From positions 106,330,001 to 106,394,000 of the forward strand of contig NC_082706.1 in the NCBI RefSeq assembly GCF_030144855.1: DNA of 64,000 nucleotides, given 5' to 3'. The position numbers and the translations under genes were made by a program. The notes under the pieces were generated by a model. It saw only the letters and a program-made list of their open reading frames with translations, searched no databases and was not told the origin of the DNA. Source of the stretch: Hypanus sabinus. Lineage: Eukaryota. Positions 38,541-51,149 of this stretch are shown piece by piece; positions within the stretch are counted from its first letter, which is position 1; each line of letters opens with the position of its first letter.

Positions 38541-41068
38541 TCGACGAGCAGCCAGTCAAAGGGAACCGTCAATCCGGAGGCTGCAGCGACCCCCAGCTAG
38601 AATTGCTGCCGGGCCGGAGTTGGTGTGTGCTCAAGAGGCGGGGACAGAAGCAGCCGCTTCTGCACTTCCGCAATTACATTAGAAAGAAGGAAAGTTTTCC
38701 GTTGTAGTTATGAGGTTGCAGCCGTGTTGCAGCTCGTTCCTGGGTGTCCCTCCTGTGGAAGCAAAGTTAAGGGATTCTGTCATCAGAAACACGCGGCGTG
38801 GCCTGGCCGCTGATGCGGCAGGGACACCCGCATCGTCCGTCTCCAGGAGATGCTGATATCCTGGCGTGGTGAGCTGAGAGCATTAACCGCTTCCCAATCC
38901 CCGAACTTTTGCTCACAAACGGGAACTACTTGCGACAGACAGTCTGGCTGACAAGTGCATCTTGCTACCAATTCACTCCCGGTGCGGATTGCACGCAATT
39001 CCCGATTCAGTTTCAGATTCATTTAACACATATTAAAGAGTCAGCACAACATCATGGGCCAAAGGGCCTATATTGTGGTATATTTTTCTCTGTTCTATAA
39101 CATGGAAGGTCATCACCGAGATTACTTTTTGTACTCTTGATACTCTCGGAAATTCTTCCAGAGTTTTACAATATGGAGAGGCGTTGCTTTATCAGCCAAT
39201 GGAAGATGGTAGGTGGCAATCAAAAGGATGTTTCTCGACAGTTTGACCTTAGACAAAGAACCTTTGCGGGATCTGGAGCCAACGTAGGGGACACAAACAT
39301 TTACCACACTCTGATGCTAGCTGTCTCTGTAGGTATGAGGTACCCACGCATTGTGATAGAGGAACCTGGCGCTTGACTGTAAGTAACGTAAGTTGACTAG
39401 GCACTTCCCCATATGGCACCGGAGCGATATGATTCACATACCGCAGGAAATGTGGACCAAGTTGACCTGGAATGCATGCTGGAGTGCACTCATCACGAAC
39501 ATTGCAAGAACCTGCCGCACTGTCTTGGGCACCGTACAGGTTCCATAAGAATACGGTTTTGAATTTCTTCACGTGGTATTACTAAATGATCAAGAGAACT
39601 GGATTCAGCAAACGCTTTGAGACAAGACAATATCCTTACTGCTGTAATGAACACCTGTGGTGAAGAACCGGCTTTGTCTTTAGCCAAGCTGCTTTCATGC
39701 AGTTACAGCATTGACCCATTGATTAGAAAGGTTCGTGCAAGGAGAACGTAGTGATTCACACCGCGCAATTACACTCAGGGCGTCGGAGTTTGGAGTTGAA
39801 TTCCAAAGACGTACCGAGTTGGTTAACTGATCATTTTAAACTGTCCCATGTTTACGTTAGTGTTCATCGAGGATGTCGGGGGTCGTTGCGGCGGCGTGAC
39901 GTGAAGGGCCGGAAGGGCCTAATCTGCACTGTATCGCTAAATAAATAAATAAAATTGCCTAGTGAAGTCCTGTTCATGTAAAGCCGGGCAAATCAAATCT
40001 GGCTAATTACAACACAGAACAGGAACCGAAGAACTGTACTCTAGGGATGAGGTGAGAGACACTGCTTTTGATATTAGGACAGTATTTCGTTTACTGTAGT
40101 TCACAGGAGCCCTGAGAAAGACTCGAGTCAATGGGCATTAAGTGGAGGACACTTCAAGGACTGGAGTATTAAATCGCAGAAAGGAGGGAGGTTGGAAGTC
40201 CTTTCCTAGACCTGTACATTTTCAGTTGCTTCATTAATATATTTTCTACATTATCACTAGCGTATAGACAATGAGAGTCTCCAGCAAGTGTTTCCATTTA
40301 ACTTCCCTTGATATTCAATTACCAGAAATACACATGGACCAGCCACACAAACACTGGGACAACACGTATGGCTGCAGAAAAAATAATTTCAGTGTTTTAT
40401 GTGGTGAGACTGATTATAAATTTTACTTTGAAATTTGGGCTTTGAATGTGGCCGGGTATTCTGGGGCAAACAACACACTTCCTGACATTTCAAAGACTTT
40501 CCATTGTCTGTAAAGCTACTTCGGGTGTTATGACGTTCTATCCATTAGGTGCTTGAGTTTGGCTCAACGCCAACCAAAACAATGAAATTAGTAACAACTC
40601 ACTGTCCTGAATATTCATTCTTTTTAGCAGCTACACTGAATATTTGTAAACATCCAGGCTACTGATGCACGGCAATTACTTACCCAGGTTCATCTGACAG
40701 CACCTCCTAAACTCACAGTCTATCAGCAAGAAAGAGATGACCAGCTATTGCTGTTGTTGCGGTTCACACATGTTATGCCGTGGTTAAATGTGTCTATAAC
40801 AATTTTCTCAAATAACATATAGATTGCCTCACTAACGAGTGGGGCAGCATGGTAACGTAGTGCTTGGCACTCTGTTTTATTCCCGCAGCTGCCTGTAAGG
40901 ACTTTATAATTTCTCCGCTTTCCTGCCACTTTCCAACACGTACCTGTTGGTAGGTTAGTTGTTCACTGTAAGTTGTCCCGTGATTAGCAAAGGATTAAAT
41001 CGTGGATTGCTCGAAGTGTCGGAAGGTGTATTCCGCGCTATATCTAAATAAATATCAGAGAGGGAGCT

Positions 41069-43026
41069 CATAGAACCATTGAACACTACAGCACAGTACA
41101 GGCCCTTCAGCCTTCCACGTTGTGCCGAACCATATAATCCTTAAAAAAAGTACTAAACCCAAATTAACCCATAACCTTCCACTTTTTATTTCATCTATGT
41201 GCCGGTCCAACAGGCTCTTAAATACCCCTAATGTTTTAGCCTTCACCACCATCCCTGCCAAGTCATTCCAGGTACTCACAATCGTCTGTGTAAAGAACAT
41301 ACCCTTGATGTCTCCTCTAAACTTCCCTCCCTTAATTTTGTACATATGCCCTTTGGCGTTTGCTATTGGTGCCCTGGGAAACAGGTACTGACTATCCACC
41401 GTATCTATGCCTATCATAATCTTGTAGACCTCTATCAAGTCCCTTCTCATTCTTCTACACTCCAAAGAGAAAAGTCCCAGCTCTGCTAACCTTGCTTCAT
41501 ATGACTTGTTCTCCAAATCAGGCAACATCCTGGTAAATCTCCTCTGCACCCTCTCCATAGCTTCCACGTCCTTCCTATAATGACCACAATGGAACACAAT
41601 ACTCTAAGTGCAGTCTCACCAGAGATTTGTAGAGTTGCAACATGACCTCTCTACTCTTGAACTCAATCCCCCGTTTATGAAGCCTAACATTCCATAGGCC
41701 TTCTTAACTACCTTATCAACCTGTGCAGCGACCTTGAAGGATGTATGGATTTGAACCCCAACTTCCCTTTGTTCATCCACACTCTTAAGTAACTGACCAT
41801 TAATCCTGTACTCAGTCTTCTGGTTTGCCCTTCCAAATTGCATCACCTCACACTTGTCCGAATTGAACTCCATCTGCCATTTTTCTGCCCAACTCTGCAG
41901 CCTATGTCCTCTTGTAAACTTCGACAACCTACAGCTCCATCCACAACTCCTTCAGTCTTCGTGTCATCCGCAAACTTATGATCCAGAAATCTGAATCCCT
42001 GCCCCTTGCTCCAATGCCTCAGCCACGCATTTATCCTACACCTCATTCTATTCCTATTCTCACTGTCGCGTGGCACAGGCAGTAATCCCGAGATTACTAC
42101 CTTTGAAGTTCTGCTTTTCAACTTCCTTCCTAACTCCCTGTAGTCTTCTTTCAGGACCTCTGCCCCTTTCCTACCTATATTATTGGTACCACGACCTCTG
42201 GCTGATCTCCTTCCCACCGCAGGATATCTTGGACACGGTCAGAAACATCCCGGACCCTGGCACCTGGGAGGCAACCTGCCGTCCGAGTTTCTTTCCAGCG
42301 TCCATAGATTCGCCTGTCTGAACCCCTGACTATAGAGATCCCCTATCACTACTGCCTTCCTCTCACTTTCCCTACCCCTCTGAGCCACCGGGCCAGACTC
42401 TGTGCCAGAGGCACGGCCAGTGTCACTTCCCCCAGGTAGGCTGTCCCCACAACAGTACTCAAACAACAGTACTTATTCTCAAGGGGTACAGCCACATGGG
42501 TACTCTCTAGTACCTGACTCTTCCACTTCCCTTTCCTCACTGTGACCCATTTCTCTGTCCCCCGTGGCCACCTGTCTGTAACCCCTCTCTATCACCTGCT
42601 CACTCTCCTTGACCAGACGAAGGTCATCGAGCTGCAGCTCCAGCTTCCTAACACGGTCCCTTAGGAGTTGCATATAGATGCACCAGGTGCAGATGTGGTT
42701 ATCCGGGACGCCAGGAGACCCCAGGACCTCCCACACCTGACACCGACCACGGAAAACTGGCCTCACACACACTGCCTCCTTTTGCAATCAACAACTGCCT
42801 CACCTCGTCCCGTTACCGCCGAAGCCCGTGGAGCCAAAGCCCTTTCACTCTGCTGCCTCTCACTCCGCTGCCCGCTGGATATGGCTGCCTTCTTTTTAAA
42901 CTGTTCGCGCTCAACTGGCTGATGTCACACGCCTGCGCAATCTGGCTTCTCTTTCTCCCCGAGGACTCAAAATGTCTTCCCGCTGGAAAGCCCTAGGCGC
43001 TCTCCCGCTGCCTTCTTATTCCGAAA
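41069..43026 (-). mobile_element. Internally deleted CR1 (5' UTR and ORF1 zinc-finger/esterase joined to the RT C-terminus and 3' tail)
   Basis: ORF1 motifs (CQVWE...HICTWCIYMQLLRDRVRKLEL, VISGLLPVPR...INAWL...GQGFRFLDH) are fused in frame to KFADDTK at 41978/41977; CATAGAACC tail at 41069; absent from the paralogous site near 37490. Confidence 0.9.
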
Positions 43027-43479
43027 CTCCTGTTCGAAAGTTGGGCAGAGCAAATGACTGTTGCAGAGTGGGGGGTCTGTGGCACATTGCAATCACTAGC
43101 TATCAGTTTTTATACGACTTTAGAAAAGGATAGGATAGGCCATCAAGTTAAACTCCTAAATCAGTGTAAGGCTAATTTTGAAGGCATTAGACGGGATTCT
43201 GTAAAAGTTGATTGGGTGAAGCTGTTTGCAGGTATGGGAAGCGGCAGGAGTCTGAAAGTGTAACAGGGAGGGTTCAGAGACAGTATAAGGCCATAAGACA
43301 TGAAAGTAAAATTAGGCCATTTAGCCCACTGAGTCTGCTCCCTATTACATTATGGTTGATATATTATCCCTTCCCAATGCATTTTCCTGACTTCTCCCCG
43401 CAACCTTTGATATCCTTTCTAATCAAGAACGTATCAACCAACTATTGCTTTAAATATACCCAGCAAGATTGATGGCCAA

Positions 43480-44900
43480 GGCTGGCAGGATTATGGAACC
43501 TTAGCTGATGAGGAAAATTGAGTGTTTCTTCAGGAATAAAGAGACATATGTCGTGTATTATCATTTGGAATCAAGTGAATCTTTTGTGCCGGGTATCAGA
43601 CATACGAGTACACTTAAGAGGAAAATCAGAAGGACAAATGCATCAGATCGTTTTGGCAGACGAGGCAAGGGGGAATCCTAAGATATTCTATAACTAGATC
43701 AAGAGCAAAACGGTAACAGAACAATAGCAGATTCACAGGAGATGGGGCGGGATGTTAAATGAATACTTCTTATCTGAAATTCCTGTCTTGAAATATATCG
43801 GCATTACAAAAAGGAAGGGGCTGACAGTCTTAAAATGCATCAAGGTGGATACATTCCCAGGGCCAGACAAACTGCATTCTATGACACCGTAGAAATGTAG
43901 GGACAGCCAGGGTGGCCTGGTAGTTAACACAACGCTTTACAGTACAGGTGATCCTGTAAGAAGTCTGCACGCTCTCTGGATGTCCGATTTCCTCCCAAAT
44001 TCCGAAAATCTAGCTTAAGTGGTCGTTGCAAATTGTCTTGTGATTTGGCTAAGAATAAATCGGAAGATTGCTGGAGGACGTGTCTCAATAAACAAACAAG
44101 AAAACAACTTGCTGAGGACCTGGCAAAGTTATTTCTATAACTGTTAGCCACAGGTGTGGCAACAAGAGTATCAGGTGGCTACTGTCGTGTTTGTTTGAGA
44201 AGTGTTGTAAGGACAAACTTGGGAACTACAGGGTTGTGGGGTGGGGAGGGTGAGTCTAAAATCGGTGGCGGGAAATTTACAGGAAGATATGGGATACCCC
44301 AGCAATTGGGATTGAAACGGCTCATCAGAAATAATCAGCGTGAGATTGTGCTTGGGGCAATGTGTCACTAATTACATTTTTTTAAGGAGGAGACCAAGAC
44401 GATCATCATACAAAATGAGTACGTTGATTTCAGCAGATCTAACAAGGTTCCGCACGGTAAACAGGTCCAGAAGATGAGATCGCATGGGATTAATAATAGG
44501 CGAGCCACTTGCATGCAGACTTAGCTTGGCGTTAAGAGTCAAAGTATGGTCGTGGAGTCTGTGATCATTGGTGTTCCACAGGGATCATGCTGGGTCCACT
44601 GCAGTTCATCACTTACATATCTGCATTAATAACATGGATGATAATATAGTCAGCATGCTTAGTAAGTTTGTGAATGAAATCAAGCTCAGCGGTGTAGTGG
44701 ACAGTGAAGAAGGCTCCGTGAGATTACAATAGGATTTATGTAGATCATCTGGGATACATGGCCAGGGAATAGCAGATGCAGTAACAAAGTTTAAAAACGT
44801 TTAGACAGGTTACAATAGGAAGGTTTAGAGAGCAACATCGGTCTAACGCAGGCGAATGGGACTACCACTGGTCAATATGGACTAGTTGTGCAGAGGGGCC
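43480..44900 (+). mobile_element. Highly decayed CR1 fragments (with an inserted SINE)
   Basis: Degenerate CCCAGGGCCAGAC, GTTCCACAGGGATC and AAGTTTGTGAATGA (PQGS, FAND-like) motifs. Confidence 0.65.
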
Positions 44901-45602
44901 CCCTTCCGTGCTTTGAATTCCGTGCTATGACTCTATCCTGGGAAAATAAATTTATTTGGAGATTAGGGGAATTGAAAGACAGGAAAGCGGCGCTGGACTT
45001 GAAGATCAGCCACTATCTTTGTGAACCAGGAACACGAGGAAGGACAGACTGATCCGCTTCCATTTCCCCTTATTTAATGTTCCATCCCTGTGGTGTGCCG
45101 CGTCGATCCTCAGAATCCGAAGCGAGAACGCTGTAATCACCCAGCGGGTCAAACATCACGTACCCTTCGCTCAGGAGATCTCAGAGCTTTGAAGGATCTG
45201 GCACAAATGAGGGAGAAAATGAGTGACAGGATAATGCGGGAGGAACGCCGGAGGCAGAGCGAAGTCAGGAAGGCAAGAAAAGAACGGCGAACGGCGAAAT
45301 TTACTTCTCTCCTGGTTACTTCCATCCTCATCTATGGGAAGTCGAGAGACGGAGGTTGCATAATTTTTAATGTGGCACCTTACATAATCTAAAGTTCTAC
45401 ATTTGCAGACTGGCGACAGAAACCACTGCTGTTCGTCCCTCTCTCCAGGGTAAAGGACGGACGAATGAAAGTGCAAATGAAGGTGACGGTGAAGGACACA
45501 CTACGCAGCCGCGAAACAACCAGCCTGTATCCGGACACTTGCTGATTACATCTCACTATGCTATGAGAGGAGCCAGTCCCCCGGAAATTTCACCGCTATA
45601 TC

Positions 45603-46006
45603 ACGTCGCTCTGTTCATTGCTTACCACCCTGGCGCTTTCCCTCGCAAGTATGTCCACCACCGCACCAGCTTTTTCCTTCAAGACAGCGTGGCTTCAGTG
45701 TCTTTTACTTGCAGCTGGATGTCTGGCCGAGGAATTGAAGATGCCTCAGATTTCGATCACGAAGCCAGAGACGACGACGGTGAAGATACTGTGCGAGGCA
45801 GGGGTACTCGATGACATCCACTGGTACCAGCAACTCGCCAACCAGGCACCCAGAAAGATCCTGCGCTTTAGCAAAGGGCGAATGGAGCGCGATCCGGGAG
45901 TGTCCTCCAAGTTCTCAGCCGAGGGCAGTAACTCTTTCGTCTCTCTTGTGATTGACAACATTGCCCTGACAGATGCCGCTATCTTTTACTGTGCCTGTTA
46001 AGATGG
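45603..46006 (+). pseudogene. TRGV: Divergent TCR gamma-like V segment B, join(45603..45648,45715..46006): ACG in place of ATG, in-frame TAA at 45999-46001
   Basis: 46-nt hydrophobic leader exon (xSLCSLLTTLALSLA), GTATGT donor and 66-nt intron. V exon EELKMPQISITKP..C..IHWYQQ..DAAIFYCAC*. No in-frame ATG after the upstream TGA at 45564. Confidence 0.82.
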
Positions 46007-46045
46007 CACAGAATGAAACGGTGGCAGAAGGACGATACAAAAACC
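46007..46045 (+). other. RSS of V B: CACAGAA - 23 bp - ACAAAAACC
   Basis: Heptamer 46007-46013, canonical nonamer 46037-46045. Confidence 0.9.
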
Positions 46046-46922
46046 ACCCAGTCTTTCCTGCCGCTCGACTGCTTCACCGGGGAAAGGAAACCTCGTGTCA
46101 TTGACCGGAGATGTAGGCAGCGTTCCCACCAAACAAAAGGAATGTTATTCTGTTCAGGGATCCAGTGCTGAAGCGGGAAGAGGCACGTGGTTCAGAATAC
46201 ACAGGTGCGGCAGGTCTTCAGAACAACTGACGGAAGATAGTTGTTTATTACAAGCGCAATTTACTGTAAAGTTAGCGAAGTTATACTCTGCGTACGGAGC
46301 CACACCTGGAATTTCGTGTCCAGCATTTGTCCGGTCATTTAAGGATGTCAGTTATCTCGAAGCAGTTCAGAGAAGGTTCATTGGAACGATGAAAAAAGGG
46401 ATGGACAGGCCAGACTCACATCCACTAAATGTTTTAATAGTAAGAGGGATCTTAATTAAAAAGTACTGCTTGCTGATGAATGTTAACAGCGAGGCGTGTG
46501 GAGAGGACGTTTGCATTCGTGCGAGAACCTAGAATGGCAGTGTTGAATGGTTGTTGTCCATTAACGAGAGAGATAAAGAGAGGGTTTCTCTCGAAAGTCT
46601 ATTACTCCTGGGAGATCTTGGGTACGCAAGGTCCTTGAATAATTTGAAGGCAGAGGGAGATTAATTATAGATAAACGAGAGCGTGTAAGTTTAGCGCGAG
46701 CAGTCTAACTGAGGAATTGAGTGTGGATCTCTCCGAGGCATAACGGAAGGCTGCAGCGACGGGTGACTTCAGGCCCAGATGCTCGGTGTGAGTGGACAAG
46801 AATTCACCACCGGCTCAGAGGCGACATCCTGCGCACAGCGGCTGGGTTGACCTTCAAGGCCACGTGGTAGGGTGAGATCCGGATTGAAATTCAGCGCCGG
46901 GTCTGAATATTAAAGGAGAGGA

Positions 46923-46932
46923 CGTGACATCA
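46923..46932 (+). promoter_or_regulatory. CRE-like decamer (CGTGACATCA) about 90 bp upstream of V C
   Basis: 9/10 match to the AGTGAYRTCA decamer known from TCR V promoters; position is consistent with a promoter element. Confidence 0.5.
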
Positions 46933-47023
46933 TCGCGCCATTGAGTTTCCGGCATTGAGAAAGAGTGAAGCCGTCTGCGGCATCTCAGTCACCTGGATAA
47001 GCGCGACGCTCTACCTCCCCAAC

Positions 47024-47460
47024 ATGAAGGTGCTGCTGACCGTCATTTTATTGACCTCCTTTCTCGGTCAGCATTTTAATCCCTGTTTTCGTTCGGCCTT
47101 CATCGCCACACTGTGGAATAATTCAATCACATTGTATTATTTTCTCCCACAGGTAAAGCGGCGCTTCAGATATTGACACAGGCTCAAATATCGATCACCA
47201 GGGCTCCGACAAAACCTGTGCACTTTTACTGTGATGTTCAACAAATCGACTTTGCGGAAGCTGTTATACATTGGTACCGGCAGAGGCCGGGTGAAGGCCT
47301 GCAGCAGCTATTGTATTTTAAGAATTCATCCGACACGCAGAAGGATGTGGCTGACGAACGATTAATTGCGAGCAAAGTACCTGAGACTCAATCGTGCACT
47401 CTATTCTTGCCGAATGTAAGCGAGGATGATGCTGGCACCTACTACTGCGCTTACTGGCTA
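47024..47460 (+). CDS. TRGV: Divergent TCR gamma-like V segment C, join(47024..47066,47153..47460); open frame but non-canonical heptamer
   Basis: Leader MKVLLTVILLTSFL, 86-nt GT..AG intron; LTQAQISITRAP..C..VIHWYRQRPG..DDAGTYYCAYWL. Confidence 0.88.
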
Positions 47461-47499
47461 CATAGTGGAGAAATGCGAAGGGAAGCCAGTACATAAACC
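47461..47499 (+). other. RSS of V C: CATAGTG - 23 bp - ACATAAACC (mutated heptamer)
   Basis: Heptamer 47461-47467, nonamer 47491-47499. Confidence 0.85.
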
Positions 47500-48799
47500 C
47501 AAAGGGTACCTTGTGCATAACGTGTTCACCGATTGGAGAGCAAGTAACAGGTGTTGTGCCTCACGGTCTTCACGAACACCTGCGTTTAACGAATGCTATT
47601 CGTTGTTTTATACCGCGGTGCAATTTGCATTTTACTTTATAGCTTGGTTGAATAAAGCCATTTGACATAAATTTGCGATGGACTATTAACGTGGATCCAA
47701 TTTTCACGAATGAATACAAGCCAAGAGCCTAAAATGCTACTGACGCTCACAGAAAACCTGGTCGCGCGATCACAATGAGCCAAAAACTGCAATCCAATTT
47801 CCTTGACTTGAGCTAGGGTTATGGAATTGTACAGCACGCAAACCGGTCATTCGGGCCATTTTCTAACCTGCATTTATCCCATTCGCCCGCTTTTCAGAGT
47901 TATCTAGCACGAAAACATCCTTCCAACTCATTCATTGTGACCATCTCTGTTGCTGTGCGCACATGATTTTCTATACAGCTATATCTCTGCCAAAGCCTCC
48001 TACACTCTCCGGGCTAAATCCCAAATCTATCAGAAATGGACACCATACTCTAAAGTACAGGAGGAAATCTTCAGATGCTGGAATTCCAAACCAATCAGGA
48101 CCGAAACCTCAACTGTTTACTCTTTTGCTTAGATGCTGTCTGATCTTTTCAGCTCCTCCAGCATTTTGCGTGTCTTATCATACTTTATGTGTGGTTTCAT
48201 CAATATTTTGTAAAGCAATATTTTATCGCAACTGTTGTAATCAATGAACTAGCTAGTGAAAGAGTGCGTGCCAAACGAAGACTTCGGAACCCTATCCTTC
48301 CGTGTTTCCGCCTTCAGGGAACTATACGGTTGTGCCCCTCGACCCATCTGCTTTGCATTCGTTATTGTGTAAATCCTGTCCTGCTTTAAGTTACCAGAAT
48401 GCAACATTTTAAATCTCCTCAAGTTAAATTCGATCTGCTATACCTTAGCATATTTCCCGAGCTGGATTGAGATCCCCGTGTAATCTTTCACAACTTTCTA
48501 AGATGACCGATTACAATTTTGATGTAGTCTGCAAACTTACTAATCACGCCATCTGCATTCTGACCCAATTTCCTTATTGCACACAATGAATAACAGTATC
48601 CCTAACATCCCTGGGGAACTCTTTTCCTGTGCTTCCAAGATAATACTTTGTGCTTATTTGCTGCACATTCTCGTAACCTGAACAATTGTCCAAGAGACTT
48701 GAGGTGTATTGTTTGTGGCGGTGTTCCATGGAATGAAAAAGGTTAAGAGTGCTATTAAAGGAAATTTCATATTTTTATAGAGAAACATATTATATAGTT

Positions 48800-50190
48800 A
48801 GACAGAAACTGCAATCGACTCATTAGCAATGACCTTTCAAGAACCAATAGATTCTCACATGGTTCTGAAGGACTAAAATTTCGCAGATGTCTCTCTACTA
48901 TTCAGGAAGTGAGAGAAGCTGATGAAACGAACTTATTGGCCAGCTAGACTGAACTCAGTGTTTGGGAAGTTTTTGGAGTCAATTGTTAAGGATGTGCTTT
49001 TGGGGTACTTGGAGGCAATAATAAAATAGGCTGAAGTCGGGGTGGTTCCCTTAAAGAAAATTCTGCCTGATAAAGTTGTTGGAATTAATTGAATAAATTG
49101 CAAGAGGATACACAAAGGAGAATTGATGGATGTTGTGTACTTGGATTTTCAGATGGCCTTTTTCAAGTCGCTGCGCATTAGGCTGCTTGACACGTTCAAA
49201 GCCGATAATATTACTGGAAAGATACTAACATGGATAGAGATGGCTGACTTTGGCTAGTGATGTTCCACAAGGCTCTGTGTTGCGGCCACTTCTATTTACT
49301 TTGTATGCCATTGTTTTGAATGACGGAATTGATGGCATGGTGGCCAGATTTGTGAATGTTATGAAGATAGATAGGGACAGGTAGTATTGAGGAAGCGGGA
49401 AAAGGCCAGTCATTCATTTTGGTAAATGAACTAAAAGATTGGACTGTTTTCTACATGGAGAAAAATTCAAAAATCCAAGAGCAAAGTGATTTGTGAGTCT
49501 TCGTGCAGGATTCCTTAAGTGTTAATTTGCAAGTTGAGTCAGTGGCTAGGAAGGCAAACGCGATGTAAGCATTCATTTCAAGGGGGCTAGAACATAAAAA
49601 CAAGGATGTAATTTTGAAGCTTTATAAGGCAATGAAAAGGCCTCACTTGGAGTACTATGAGCGGTTTTGGACCCCTTATGTAAGAAAAGATATGCTGACA
49701 TTGGAGTGGGTTCAGAGGAAGTTCACGAGGATGATTCTTGGATTGAAAGGACTGATTGATGGCTATGGGCCTGTGTTCTCTGGAATTCACAAAATGAGGG
49801 GGATCTCACTGAAACCTATCAAATGTTGAGAGGCCTCGATAGAGTGGATGTGGAGATGTTGTTTCCTATGACAAGTGAATCTAGGACCAGAGGGCACAGC
49901 CTCGGAATGGAGGGCAGTCCATTTAGAATGGAGATGAGGAAGAATTTATTAAGCCAGAGAATGATGAATCTGTGGAATTCATTGCCAGAGGTGGCTGTAG
50001 AGTCCAATTCATTGTGTATATTTAAGGCAGATGTTGATAGATTCTTCATTAGTCAGGGCATGAAGGGTTTCGGGGTGAAGGGAAGAGATTGAAGCTGAGA
50101 GGGAAATGGAACAGCCATGATGAAATGTCGGAGCAGACTCGATGGGCCAAATAACCTAATTCTTCTCCTCTATGTTATGGGCTTATGGAC
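48800..50190 (+). mobile_element. Decayed CR1, 3' half with deletions
   Basis: VVYLDFQ, RPHLEYYERFW, EWVQRKFTRMILG motifs and a TTATGGGCTTATGG tail. Confidence 0.85.
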
Positions 50191-50199
50191 TGAATGGAG

Positions 50200-50655
50200 G
50201 TGAGGGAGGAGTTGAATGGGCAGGTGCATTCGCTTGCAGGGACAAATGCAGGGAGGGTGATTAGTTGGGAGGGACAAATTGGCAAAGAAAAGAAGGAGGG
50301 AGCTATCTCTTCGGAATGCGGAAAGAGCCGTGGGCGGGGTCGGGGGGTAAAGATAAAGTAATGTTTGGTAGTGGATCCCTTTGAAGGTGGCGGAAGTTGT
50401 GGAGAATGAGGCGTTGGATGAGGAGGCTCACTGGTTGATATGTAAGAACAAGAGGAACACTATCACTATTTAGGCGACGGGAAAATGGGGCGAACACGCC
50501 TGTTAGGGAAATTGAGGAGATGCGGATTGGAGAAGCATGAATGGTGGAGGAAGAGAAACCCCGTTTCTCAGTCCAAAACATCCATTGTTTATTCATTTCC
50601 AGAGATGCTGTCTGACATGCTGTGTTCCTCCAGCATTTTGTGCTTGTTGCTCCTG
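50200..50655. mobile_element. Penelope-like fragments in opposite orientations
   Basis: Minus ORF VPLVLTYQPVSLLIQRLILHNFRHLQRDP, adjacent to a plus-strand GATGCTGTCTGAC..CCTCCAGCATTTTGTG end. Confidence 0.7.
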
Positions 50656-51149
50656 CTTATTTTTTTCTGATTTAAATCGGAGCTTCTCAGTTCCTGGTGT
50701 TGGATTAGACTGTGTAATTGTTATTTCTTTGCAGTTTAACTTTCTTGTGCCTGCCAGTATTTTCTATAACTACCTATATATATATATATGTCATTGTTCA
50801 TTGTGTCCCCTAGTGGTTACAGCTCTTTGTATTATTTTGAAAGGATGATGGCTCACCATCTTCTTTTCCTTCTCTTTCTTCTTTGTTTTTAGTCTTTTGC
50901 TACTTCCATTTCCAATTGTTTTGTTCTCCTGGAGCTTATTGCAATGATTATGGACCCACACGCTTTACACCTCGTTCTTAACTTCTGAAACAACGTTGGA
51001 TCAAAAACATCAAAATCCTACACTGCTGTCTCTCCACCAATAGTGACCATTTTAAGGCTGTGCATTTTATTGACAACCAATGAAGGAGAAGTTAAAAAGA
51101 AAGAGAAGTCAGGAACAACGATTCTTAGTAAATCAGAACGTAAGAACTT

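Larger units (their letters stand above)
34262..43300. repeat. Young tandem duplication: unit 1 about 34262-37767 (V A2), unit 2 about 37768-43300 (V A3, expanded by a CR1 at 41069-43026)
   Basis: 35185-37480 aligns with 38850-41060 at visually high identity; 37495-37765 matches 43030-43300; an abrupt junction at about 37768 leads into the V promoter. Confidence 0.9.

Noticed and set aside
39493-39687. Minus ORF SSPQVFITAVRILSCLKAF as a TCR constant-region relic
   Set aside because: Only a superficial PxVF..CL resemblance; no Trp or second Cys at C1-set spacing and no splice support.
45090-45476. Overlapping 60-101 aa ORFs upstream of V B
   Set aside because: No recognisable domain, splice structure or paralogue; short ORFs are expected in GC-rich sequence.
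47084-47115. CACTGTG in the V C intron as a cryptic RSS
   Set aside because: The best nonamer-like sequence (TGTTTTCGT) is 16 bp away, neither 12 nor 23.
47622-47632. Perfect octamer ATTTGCAT
   Set aside because: It lies downstream of the V C RSS, not in a promoter position, and would be deleted on rearrangement.
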